DNA of 62,591 bases, filler included, from Platydemus manokwari (Eukaryota): the NCBI GenBank assembly GCA_037951405.1. It is 5 parts of 5 records of this genome, joined end to end, with 100 filler letters (N's around TTAATTAATTAA, not from the genome) between each part and the next. Parts side by side here need not be neighbours in the genome. Positions count along the whole stretch, not along the records: positions 21,033 to 36,413 come from JBBMOY011295872.1; positions 36,514 to 45,710 come from JBBMOY011284650.1; 3 more parts are not named here. One strand, given 5' to 3'. The notes beneath the pieces were generated by a model. The model was not told where the DNA came from. It made no database searches and was given only the letters and a program-made list of their open reading frames with translations. Shown here piece by piece: positions 27,045-39,500 of the stretch (position 1 is its first letter; each line of letters begins with the position of its first letter). The translations under genes were made by a program, and so were the position numbers.

Positions 27045-27839
27045 TGTTAGGATCCAATATCCATCACAGTGAATCAGCACATAACACTTGACGCCCACAA
27101 GATAATGACATAATAAAAAATTACATAAATAGGACAAAGTACTAAAATAGTAAAGACGTAATTGCTAAAATAGACACATGATTATAAATGGAATTTAATA
27201 AACACTAAAATAATATGATAAATAGATAAATTATAAATAGAAGTACGTCATACTAAACATAGAAAAATTATGATTGGGCGATAAAGAGATAAAATTTAGT
27301 TAAAATCGCAAAAAAACTAACACGGCGAAATACGACAGCAAAGTAATCTCACAGAGAATCTCGACTAAACCGCCAAGAATTAGCGAAGACAGCTACGTCA
27401 GGAATTAGTACAAGATATTCAGAGATACAACAAGCTACAAAGGACTAGCTAACCCGATCCGATCAAGGAATCACAGAACACAAGCGAGAGTCAATCTAGA
27501 ACAAGAGAAACCTACGACGGCTAACTGATTCACCACAGGTAGAAAGCTATTTATCTTTGTACCGTGTCTAACAATTCGGTGCTAACTAACGACACCTTCG
27601 TTTTGCTCCCATCTTTTTTATAGGTGTTATTTCATTGTACGGTTCACCAGTATCGTGAAACTTACTCTCTAGTTAAGCAAGCCATGCTTCGCCAGTTCTT
27701 TGTTCAAACATTTAATAATTGTAGTTCATTTGTTGTATTATTTGTATTACTAATTACAATTTAGAATCGTTATTGTTCATTTATTTATTTATATCTATAA
27801 CTAAAATACTTCAATACGGACGCAACCTAAAACCTAACA
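27045..27839. mobile_element. Probable solo LTR (~795 bp)
   Basis: Begins TGTTAGG and ends CCTAACA (7-bp inverted ends, TG..CA). The interior is non-coding and GC-richer than the flanks. No matching TSD is seen. Confidence 0.4.
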
Positions 27840-28459
27840 ACCTAATAGTTAATAACCAATCGTTTGGAGTCCGATTGGAAATCACGAGCATAGCCACAAA
27901 TCAAAGAAAGTAAAATAAAACCAACAATCACCAAACCTCAACACCACCACATAAAACCTCTCTATATAAAAATCTAATAAATATTTATAGTAGCAAATGT
28001 TAGTTATCATTCATATAGAGGTCATAAGATTATTATACATTTCCACCGGTATTAGCATAGTTTGGTTTTTATTGAGACTGATAGTTAAGTTAATTAAAAT
28101 ATATCACTACTGTCACACCTATTGTCTTCACACAATAAAGCTGTACGAGGTGAAGAAAATCAACATTGTGAGGCTTTAAACCTAAATTAAATAATTTTGA
28201 AATTAAAATTAAATTATTTTACAATCATTAAATGATTTTAAAATAATTTAATTTTTTAAATAAAAAAATTAAATTCAATAATTTATAAAAAATATTTTTA
28301 ATATTATATATTATATTAAAAATTTAGGTATCTTGTTCAGACATTTATTGTAATCTCTCAAATTTAAAAACATCAAAATGTGTTAATATACTTTTATATA
28401 AATTATTAAAGATGGAATATTTGTTTAGATAATATTTAATATGAAATATATTTTACACA

Positions 28460-30420
28460 TTGAGAATTATGAGTTTTGATTTTAATCTTAAAAGCAAAGA
28501 GGTCTTAGCAGCTAATAAAAACAATATCCTTTCTCATATCTGTTGGCTTGACCTATGTGAGGCATTTTCGAGAGATCCACATGAACTCATTTGGATAATT
28601 TTACATCAAATAAGTTGTAGCGCTCACCCTATACGTCTCATACAACACTCTACTGCAAAATGGCCTCAACATATCACTGCAATAAGCAGACCACAAAGCC
28701 GATCCTGTTTCTTTGTCGCGTTAAATAAGGTTGCCCCTTGAGTATGACTCGTTTTTGTCTTTCAAAAGACTTTCTATTTAGGTCCTCTGTAGACATATAA
28801 AAACCCTTTCCTTTTACTACATTTCCATATGCTGACGACACTGTCGTAATTGGAGCCACAGGGTAGGAGCTTCAACATAGATTAACACATAACAGTGCAA
28901 ATACTGCATACATGACATTAAATACAGCAGTATGTGGGAATCATGTTGGTGACCCGTATTACAAATATGAAATTAAAATCAACAATTAACTCGTCTTCTT
29001 TGTTGACGAGAATAATCTATACCAATACCTTGGGGTTCCTTTTGGAAAATCAAAACATTCCAGTATCACTTTTGTACTGGACAATATTCTTTTAAAATTT
29101 TCAGAGTATCGTTGATTCTCTACCATGCACAAAAAATACATGCCTTTTAGACTATTCTCCACTCACGTTTTCCTTTCCATCTTTGTAATCTGACTTGAAT
29201 GCACAACTGAGCTCACCTCTTGAAATACAACCTATAGGATTAATACTAGGTGTAGGCTTCGATGAGAAAATTCGTGAATTAGCCAGGAGTATTGGAGGAT
29301 AATGCACTGTAACAAAACTGAATAGCAACCTCTTTCACATTCCTCGTAAACTTGGAGGTTTTGGAAATATGACTTCTCTCTATGACTACTTCATAAAGTC
29401 AATTAACGGTGCTTTCAGGTTTCTTAATACCTGTGATATATCCTTCAGGAATCTTATGATTGCTCACTTGACCAATGCTCGGTTTGTTTCCACGGAACTC
29501 TTCAAATGTTAAACGATCTCTTGAATAGCTGTCTGATAAACCTCCTTCTGTTTATGGACCGAAGACCACCTGTTCGACGAAGCTATGCTGCTCTGCGACT
29601 TCTTAGCTTTGGAATTGATGGTGTCTTTCACATTGAGAATTCTTCTATTCTTCTCAGCATCACTCCGGCCAACCCCAATAAGGTCACATATCATCTCTTC
29701 ACAAACACAAAGTGACAATGGTTTTCTTTCATCGTTGAACCAAATGTACTTATCAGAGGAAACCCACTCTCTATCTTTCACTTTTACCCAAAAGTCATAA
29801 AGTTCTCAAAGGTCATCGTCTCCACCCTGAACTTTGGGCATTTATCGTTAGAGCTATGAATAATTGAAATAATCTGAAATTTAACTTTCCACCATATCAT
29901 GCTCAAATGCATTCGTCAATCACTTGTCAAAGATGTAATTCCTTTCATGAAACTGCTGCACATGTTCTTATTCACTGTCGTGCAACATTAAAACTTACTT
30001 CTAATCATCATAATGATGTCTTGGATAATCTAGGTTTCTTTTTTTGCTCCCGGGGGCTAGATGTTGACCTTGACGTAACACCTGTCGCGATATCCTCAAA
30101 ATTACGCCCTGACATTGTTGTCAGAGACTTTAAGAAAAAGCTTAGATTTTAAAATCTCTTATGACTTGATAGAGAATAGTCGAGATAAATATACACAACT
30201 CGCTGTCGATATTTGTCGGTCGGAATTGACATGTCTATTACCTTGACGTCATAAATCTTGATATTCTTGGTTCTTGGGACCCTCAAAGCGATGAGGCTTT
30301 CAATCTTTTAGGCTTCGATAAAAAGACAGTAAATAAGCATTCAAATTTATTAATCACACAAGTGATCCAGTCTATCTACAATACCTACTTTAGTCACATT
30401 CGCAGTGATAACAAAACACC
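28460..30420 (+). mobile_element. Degenerate RLE-type non-LTR retrotransposon (NeSL/R5/Utopia-like), 5'-truncated
   Basis: Collinear motifs across frameshifts: WLDLCEAF (28544), GCPLS (28729), YADD (28828), YLGVPFG (~29026), HIPRKLGGFG (~29340), CQRC..ETAAHVLIHC (29925), HNDV, LRPDIV (~30105) and LGSWDP (~30266). This is RT plus CCHC plus restriction-like endonuclease. Confidence 0.85.
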
Positions 30421-31615
30421 GCAAATATCATCCGCACCTTTACCTTTCCTAAACCATCAACAACACTATTATTAAATCGAGAATAATGACATCTTGTCAT
30501 CCATCATTCTCATTGTCATACATCATTCTCACTGTCATCATCATTATCACGATCATCCTTAATTAACATCAATCATACTGTCAAATCCATCATCACATCA
30601 TCATCTCATTAATTCGTCACATAATTAACTCCAAATTAGTAATCTTAGCTTTTGCTTACTGATTTTTACTTTCTATTACCGGACTTGCTGGCTTTGTCTT
30701 CTGACTTGGCAAATCTTACTTACTCATGACTCAATCTTTACCTCCTATTCTCCCTAGGCGAATTGATTATAACCATATCTAACCATATGGTTCGGCAAAT
30801 ATTTCAGATATTCTTATGGACGAATCAGATTACAAATTTTCAACAATGAAAGTTAGCAAATCTCCCTGTTGAGTTCGATGGTAGGCCATAACCATCGTCG
30901 ATTCCGGAGTGATTTGTGTTTGGAAATGTGAAAAGTATCCCCCAGGACCCGAAATACAAACGACATAAAATGGCCCAGTTGCTCAGCCTATCAAATTCTC
31001 AACAATCAGTACTGGGCGCCAGCGGACGTATAGTTTAGATCAGTCCTCCAATTGAGGAAATGGCTACCTATCATGAAACATTTGTATGACTAGAAAACAA
31101 TTTTGACCTTTCCTGTGTTCTACAGCCGAACCTTATTTTCCTGAATGTGGGTATATTATTATAAATTTATGAGTTTAACCAAAATAATTAAGTATAGCAA
31201 ATACCTGTAATTCATTCAATAATTTAGAATCAATGGAATATACCGAAGAATACTACAAAAGAGTACAAATACATTGACCTGGATGTAGAAGAGGTAGACA
31301 TTGAGCTTGAAAAAAATAAGTGAACTGGCACCAAAAAAGAGCAAGATATTATCGAATACACTAGCAGTAACAAATCTACATATAATGGAAAACTAACCTT
31401 GACATAAAGCATAGAAACAACTACTTACACTGAGATCCTTCAACTAAGAGCAGAAAAAGAATCATAATAATCTGAATATATTTTGAGAACCATTATAGAC
31501 GAAAACAAGAGACGGGACATCGCCGCCATCTTGAAAAAATTTGTAGTTTATCTAACCGAGCAATGCTTAGATTTTAGTAACTTTGAACTAGAATAAACAC
31601 TTGGTTTTATAAACC

Positions 31616-32871
31616 TGACGTGATTCGGGCTTGTTGGAATATTTTGTTTTAATCAGTCTCAAAACTATTGTTATTGATTATTGTGGATCACCGTTGTCTT
31701 GATCAGTCTCAAATGAGTTCTAATCAATCCCAATATACAGCCTATTAAACCTTGTTGTTATTGTTCTTTCACCTCGCAATCAAAACTATATGATGATAAA
31801 ATTGATTGGCAACAATGATACAAAGGGTTTCTAATTTTATCGGTCTCAATATTTTACACCTATTTATTATACAATCCTCGATCAATAACTCAACTCCTGC
31901 TACACTAAACGTTTATTAAATACATAACAACAAATACAGTTTAAAACTACAATATACAAATAATAAAAATTGTTCAAGACTAGTTTACGATTCCAAACAA
32001 AAGACGGTTAATACATCCAACTCTTGGAGTAAAACCAGGTTACCTTTCTTCAGAGTGTTTTGTGAGCACAGCTCTATAGTCGAATAATAAACCATGAGTA
32101 CTATAGATACTAGAACAATCGAACTTACTAGCTTGGCAAATGACATATACTGTTGACGAGCAATCTCCTACTAATGGCTTCGAATAATTATGGGCCTCGT
32201 AAATCTTCTTACACAATCTAGTGGTTTCTCAAAATGGGGGGGGCAGATTCTAATGTTTTGAACCTCTATTTATATGATTTTTATTCTACACAATGATTTA
32301 TTTCGCTACAATACTATTTTATTCCCCGAGGATTTCCCTTTAATGTTAAATATTTAACTTTAACTCTAAGATTTTATTATAAAGAAAATTTATTTTATAT
32401 TCTTTTATTTCCCCTTTATGCCAGAACCAAGTATAAATATAAATTATCAATATTATAATTATTAATATATTGTTTTAATTAACTGCCTTTTGGTCTTTAA
32501 CATGAATAATTGATTAAACAAAAAATGATAAAAACGATACAATTTAAAATGTATCGAAAATTAAAACGTAACGAAACGAATTTTGAACTATGTTCCTAAA
32601 AATACATTGTTACATTTATAAAATGCTACATATTGTTCACTGCCTTAACCGAAAATGTTACACTTAAAAATATAAAATTTCCTACACTATACATTCATAT
32701 TAATTATTAGTTTTATACGTCAATATAAATTACTACATGTTTTATAAGCAAATATAAATTACTACGATACAGTTTATAAATTACTACAATTTTATACACA
32801 AATCATATCAATTGTTAATAATTATTACACATAATAATTGTTAATTTTTCAGCTGGTCCAGATCCCCAACA
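31616..32871 (-). mobile_element. Solo LTR, copy 1 (1256 bp)
   Basis: Full-length reverse-complement homology to 54505-55797. Ends TGACG...CCCCAACA. Flanks AACC/AACT form a 4-bp TSD with one mismatch. Confidence 0.85.
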
Positions 32872-33749
32872 AACTTATTTATTTTAAAATACTCCCTTAA
32901 GATTTAATTGGAAATATAGAACATAATTTTTTAAAAGGTTTCTATTTTTAGAATTAATTGAGTTTATTATTTTTCTTCCTAAAGGGTTTTTTGCTTTTTA
33001 TTTATTAACGAAGGGCTTGAATTTAACGTATTTAAATCTCAGGGTTTTTATTATCATTAATTCTCTTATAATAATGCTCTTATTATAATTATTTTAACAA
33101 TTAATTATCTCTTTCAAGAATGGTTTTTAGATATTTTCGGATGTGAAATTTTATTCCCAAGAGAAATCAAACGATATTTTCGACATCATCGTTTTATTAA
33201 TTATGAATTTAATTTATCAATGAATTGGATAATAATTTATTAGTTGTTATTTACGATTATTCACTCTATATTTTTCAATTCTGATGAAATTATTCATACT
33301 TTATTTTCAATTTTAATGGGATTAGTTTACTTTTACAGTACATACATTTTATAATTAATTATAGTACTTTTAAATAACAGAAATAAATTGCATTTAGATC
33401 CAAAACTCATAATTTCAGAAAAAAATAAGTTCAAAATATACTTAGAAAGTAAAAAGCTTTAATAATTCTTTAGAACAAAATACATTTACAAAAATGGTAT
33501 TGTCACTGTTGGTTTTCTCAGATCTCCCAACAATTGTATGGCCGGCAATTTTGATAGCATTATAGCCATTATAGAATTTGTATTAAAATTTTATTTTGTT
33601 TGTTTTAATGAATAAATTTTAAGATATTTATTTTAAATTATTTTATATTTTTTAATCGGATTTTCCATTCTCTAAAAGGACAGAAGGAAGTTTACAACAT
33701 ATTTACAACCATTATATGCCTATATTTCCAAAAATTTGCAGTAATGTCT

Positions 33750-35400
33750 ATCGACATGATAGATAAGATATCAATAGTGAAAGATATTGTTGAGTCAAAA
33801 AGATAATACTCAAAGCAGGATAATTTGCTATTAGGAGAAATAAGTAATAGCTTGGGTGGTAGTACAAAACAATATGAAAATCGATGAGCCGAATATTATT
33901 TTTATCGGTGTGCTCGGGTAAATTGTGCGAATGTCCATGATTGCACTGCAAGAAGTAAGGGAATATAATTCTCATTGAATAGGCATTTTCTATTAGTAGA
34001 TTCACATTGTTCTTCACTTTCTTATGATTCCATGGTTCATATTACAAAACATAAAATCATTGGCATGACTCAGACACTGATTATAGTGGTTAGCCCATTG
34101 ATTTGATGCTTATAAGAAAAACATCGTATGTTTCCTGGTAATAAACTGTTTTCTAAATATCTCTATTATTGACTACAAAAGAATCTAAGGTTGCAATCTG
34201 TATTTTCGTTAACACGTACTGATCAGTAAGATACAAGAGCCTCTACAAACATCTTAAAAATTACAACGAAAATTAGGTTTTCAACTGGTAGTTGTACATC
34301 TTTACATTGGTATTTATACTTGAGATTTGTGGGCATTTTTGTATCACATTTTAATTTGATCTTTAATTTCTGGGTTGGTCAATCCTTATGTGTGTATTAC
34401 TGTGTGGTTATGTCCCTTTTTCGAATTATCATTTTAAATCTAAGTTGGCGGTGATTGGTTGATAGGGATATATGCATGGTTGTGTAGCCATACAAATGCT
34501 TAAAGTGCTAAAATAAGATTTCCAATGTCAATTTCCAAAATCATTTTCTTTTTCAAGATGAACACTATCATAAGTTTCGCGGTTGAGATTGAATTGGTTG
34601 TTACATCAGCCTTGGTTTCAAAGTCAGAACAGTAAAGACAATTAAAAATGAAAATAATGAAAAGCGTACAGCAACGAATCTGATGATAATGGTTTGATTG
34701 AATTTGATTAAATTAATAATTAGTTGTTACTTCGACTCTACTACTTGACTGAATAAAATTAAAACAACGAAAGTTGGTTTTAAAAACCCTTTATCCTGCG
34801 ATTGTTTAAATCATTTTAATCCTGCAAGAAAATGGTAAAAACGGTTTAAGAGAAATATAATAAAGTAACTTGATGTGTGAATATCCACTTGCTAGCTTAC
34901 AAAATGTTGGTGTGCTCGATTATTTTTGACGTTGATTTATGTATTTCGAATTTCGTAATTAGGATGAGCGTTATTGTCTGTTTTCACCCAGTTTCAGAAC
35001 AAGGTAAGTATCATTCTTGGTGGCTGGTAAAGTACTTATTAGAGACTAATATACGACGTTTATGGCCTAGGTTTTATGTTTCAATTGATTTTCAAGTACT
35101 AATCAATTTGATTTTGCTGACAATATGTATGCAATACTTTATAAATGATTATTCTATTATCATTTTCTGGTTTTTCGCAATGTTCTTTGTCGACTTCTGT
35201 AGGGCCTTTAATTCCAACTTTACTGCTGGTTTTCTATTAAGTACTTCTATTTATTCTTCTAGAGGAGTCATTGGAAATTGTAAACAATTTGTAAATTTTA
35301 TTATTTATTCATCTTGGGGTTGTACGAAACAATATTTTTAACACTATCAATGATATTTGATGACTTTAATCAATATTCGAATTACGAAAATTAACCTTAA
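33750..35400 (-). mobile_element. Degenerate Ty3/Gypsy pol (RT-RNaseH-integrase order)
   Basis: Minus-strand fragments in Gypsy order: KIIEH..ASKW (~34900, RT start), LYG..ISLSTNHRQL (~34470, RNase H TDHxPL-like), QWANHYNQC (~34090) and LYYHPS (~33860, integrase YHP). Numerous stops. Confidence 0.5.
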
Positions 35401-35519
35401 AAATAAAAAAATTCTTATTCAATCAATAAAATTTTTCCAATAATCAATTACCATTGTTGAGTATTGCGCCTTAACCCCACCCGTATTATAATAAATAATA
35501 TAATTTTTTAAAAAAAATT

Positions 35520-36200
35520 AGAAAGTCATAATGGCTGAAATTTAATAGAAATCCTGGCCTTAACTCAAGGGCGTAATGGCTACAGAAGCTGGTCAGTCAA
35601 CACAAATGTAAATGAAGAATAAGTACGTTGCAGAGACGAAGCAAATTCGTTTTTAATTTAAAGAAGATTGATGCATAACCAAAATAATACTTGCAATATC
35701 ATTACGTTCCGTTCCATAAGAAATTACCGATAATTTTCAAAGATGGAATTGATGATGTCGGGATAGTTTATTAACTGTAATGGTAGATATATGGTAAGAT
35801 AATTCCATCAATATTTGACTTGTCACGGTGAGGAAGTGTATGCTGCGTGTATAAGCTATATAAATATGAATAAATAAGCGAAATCGATAACTTTTACTAA
35901 TTTAAATGAAATAGACACAATAACAACAAAAACTGATTTTTGATTTTATTGATTTTATGTTTTCTAATTCCGTCATCCCCTGAAAATATTAATTAATTAA
36001 TTAAGATAGACTAATAATAATTAACCTATTATTTATAAATATAAATAGATTGCCAACTTTCTCTCGACTAAGTTTCAATTGTTCAACGTTTCCACAAATT
36101 TATTTTCTCCAAACTTTTGAGTTTTCTTCAATACACAGAAGACAATGCAAAAAGACAATTTAATACAATTAGCTTTCAAGTATTCTTCGAGTGAATAATT
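35520..36200 (+). pseudogene. Possible decayed rhodopsin-class GPCR fragment (TM6-TM7-helix 8)
   Basis: KED*CITKIILAISLRSVP (~35660) and, after an AG, IANFLSTKFQLFNVSTNLF followed by frameshifted FSSIHRRQCKR (~36050-36160). These resemble TM6/TM7 of peptide GPCRs. Weak. Confidence 0.25.
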
Positions 36201-36413
36201 CTTCGCTTCTTTTTCAGCAAAAGAATAAGTCTCAAAATATATCAGGAATTAGATTAGCGGTGGTTAATATTTATAATAAGTTTATACATCAATTATTTCC
36301 TAATATTCTTATTGGTTATTATTTTCTGAATAAAGTTTTAATTGATTCAAAATTATCACTTACATCATTATTTACCGATGTTTATGCTTATTCTTATTGT
36401 GTTTTGTTTTGCA

Positions 36414-36513
36414 NNNNNNNNNNNNNNNNNNNNNNNNNNNNNNNNNNNNNNNNNNNNTTAATTAATTAANNNNNNNNNNNNNNNNNNNNNNNNNNNNNNN
36501 NNNNNNNNNNNNN
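36414..36513. other. Assembly gap with artificial spacer (interrupts the XRN1 3' end)
   Basis: 44N-TTAATTAATTAA-44N. Confidence 0.98.
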
Positions 36514-39500
36514 GAAATCTCCGAACTGTGAAAGCTTATATAAACGTGACTCTTGTCCGAACGTTCGAACACTTGGGGATTATTAATACCGCTTTGGATA
36601 CAAATACTGAACAATTGTGCGTATTCAGGAATATGATTTGTGATGGTAAAAGTTTTAGTAGTGGATTTGGGGGATTTTTCTTTCATGAAAACGTTATTAC
36701 AATGAGCAATGAAGTTGGTTTGACTGCTGTTATTCATTTTTTGGTAGGCAGATGTATTTTTGTCCACCAGAAATTCACTTGGTGGCATAGGAGGAGCATT
36801 GAGAGACTTCATTGGGGATTTTATTTTGGGCCCACTGATCGATGAGGGAATTTCCGAACTTGATGACGAAGTGCTAACGAGTTTCGGATTCGCTTCTGTG
36901 GCACAATTTTCCACTTTTCTTTGAACTTTATGATTTTCAATCAAAGAATCGTTGATTGAAACTTTTAATGGAGCTTTCCTAGTCTCCGCTTGTCTCAATC
37001 CATAACTAATATTTATAAGAGTATACGCAGGCATCCTGTAGCACCGTGATTTACTGCCTCGAATACTGATGGCAGATTTGAATTCTTTATCAAACAAAAC
37101 TTCCAATCGTACTTCATTCAATTCTTAAGATAATTTGTGAAATTACTTACTCACAAAGTCACTTATAAAATTAATTACTATTTTCGATTCCAATTATTAC
37201 TCCTCTTAAACCAAGAGGAACGGTATATCCGTCAGTAGAGCAAACGACACGATCCAGAAGTTCAAATGTCGTCGACTTATCGGGTTTAACTCCATGAAGT
37301 GAATGATGGGGCTAATATTTAATGTATGATTGACGAATAAATAACGAATAGAACCAACTCGATAGACATCATGAAATGCAAGATCAACGATAAGACTGTT
37401 TATAGTCTCGTTGTGTATCTCAACATCGTCTACAGCTTTCTCAAGAATCTGTATATTTGATTCACATATTATCCTACTATCGTTATTGATTCGTTCTAAT
37501 GTTTTAAAGGGTAGACTATTCAAAAAGTCTGTCAATTCCGTTGATTTCTGTGATAAAATTTCCCTGAACATTATAATATATATTACATAATCCAGAATAT
37601 ATACAAAAATAATCTTTTCAAATAACATTTAGTTATTTGAATAAAATAAATAGGAAATTTGGGTCTAAAACATAATATATAATCAATTATATATATATAT
37701 ATATATTTAAATTAAAGGATAAGCTTTATATTCAATTTTCGAAAGGATTTTCAAACTAAAAAATAGATATCGAAACTAATTGGAAACACATAACATCATA
37801 TTTCGTTGATTTGTATTCATGACAATGTCTGACAATTCGACGCAAAAGAGAAATGAAGTCGAATTTTACAGACTTATGGAATATCACACTGATTGGAAAT
37901 ATTGTTCTCCCTTTTGATTTGCATAAGATTTTGGAATGTTCAAAATGAATAGAAAATCTTTGAGGACTTAATAAGATTGAGAAAAGTTTTGTACCGATAA
38001 AATTCGTGAAATAATATCCATACTAAAATTCATATATTTTGGCACACTAGACAACAAACTCGGAATCTAATCACTGCAAATAAAAGCGTTATGTAATGAG
38101 GATGTAAAAAAAAGATAAATATCACATTTTCAATGTGTATATTGAGTTATATATGTTGTACTTTTAAGTTCTGCTTCTTTTGTATAGAAATAGTGATGAG
38201 TACATCCTTATAACTTAATTAAGCTTTTTAATGATATCTAACTTTTAACAATGCACTTAACACGGCCATTACTGTTCTATCATATGTTTCACAATATCTT
38301 ATCTGTAGCTTATAGAGAGGACTGTCTTTTTGAGAATTGAAAATTATAAATAAAAATATCAATTTTATTAAAACAAAATTACTAAATAAAACAGATATAA
38401 AATAATGTGCTTTGTTTTCTTTATGGTAAAAATATCGATTTTGTAATAATAATGTTTCAAGTGATCCAAATGAATTATAATTACTGAATCAATCAATCAA
38501 TCCATGAAATAGTCAGTGTGTATTATATTCATATACAAGATTAATCATTCTCAGAATTCATGAATCGGGATAGAAATGTTTTATATTGCACAGCAAAATA
38601 AGGTAATTCGATAAAATCATCTATTAAATTGTAAAACATAACCAATTTTAACAAGAAATTTTTGCTTTTTAATAAAGTGATTACAAATAAATTTTAATTA
38701 ATTAATAATAAATTGAATTTTGTAGAATATTTTTATGAAAAAATATTTTATTGAATTAATTTGCAATAAATGATAGAAAATCAATAAAATTTGAGAATTG
38801 ATTTGAAAATATGGACTGAGTTAAATGACAAGAAATAAAATCGATACATCCTTGATGTCAAATAGATCATTTTTGAAAAAACGAAATCAATGTGCTGCTT
38901 AACATTAAGGTTTTACAGAATCAATAGAAAAATATTTCCAAACCACGTCGTCATTTAAGAAAACTTCAAGATCGACAAAGGTTCCATGATTAAAGATTTC
39001 AAAAAACAATAATCATTTTTTATATATTGTGAAATGGTATTTTACAAATTATTATTGATTATTAACTGTCGGTAATAATTGGAATCGATGACGCAATAGT
39101 TCAATTTGAAGATATTTTTAGAACCGCTCCAAAAACGTAACTCGCTTTATCTGTTGACTGATATCTAATTAATCAATAACATTTCTCTTACTTATCATAA
39201 ATATCTTCAAAAGCCAAATTTTCGAAATTAGGTTGCTGAATGAATTCGAACACTTCGGGAAACTTGGTCTTGTAATCATTCAACACTTCAATGACTTTCA
39301 TTGAATAAAGCCATTTATTGGACGAATAATCCTGTCTGCCCTTGATCACCCAGCCGGGAATTTGGAGATTGAGTTTGTTGTTTTTCAATTCTAATCCAAT
39401 CGCAATTTGACTTTTATTTCGATCGAACTTTTTCGATTTTTGATCCGTTTTATTGAGTGTCGCCGTTGCAGTAGCCTCTGCCGTCACAGGTGTCGAACGA

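Noticed and set aside
39188-39192. XRN1 apparently truncated at the TAA ending ORF 39188-40531
   Set aside because: The stop overlaps a donor (AA|GTAAGA). The ORFs at 37206-37628 and 36462-37121 supply the remaining XRN1 exons, including the SH3-like domain.
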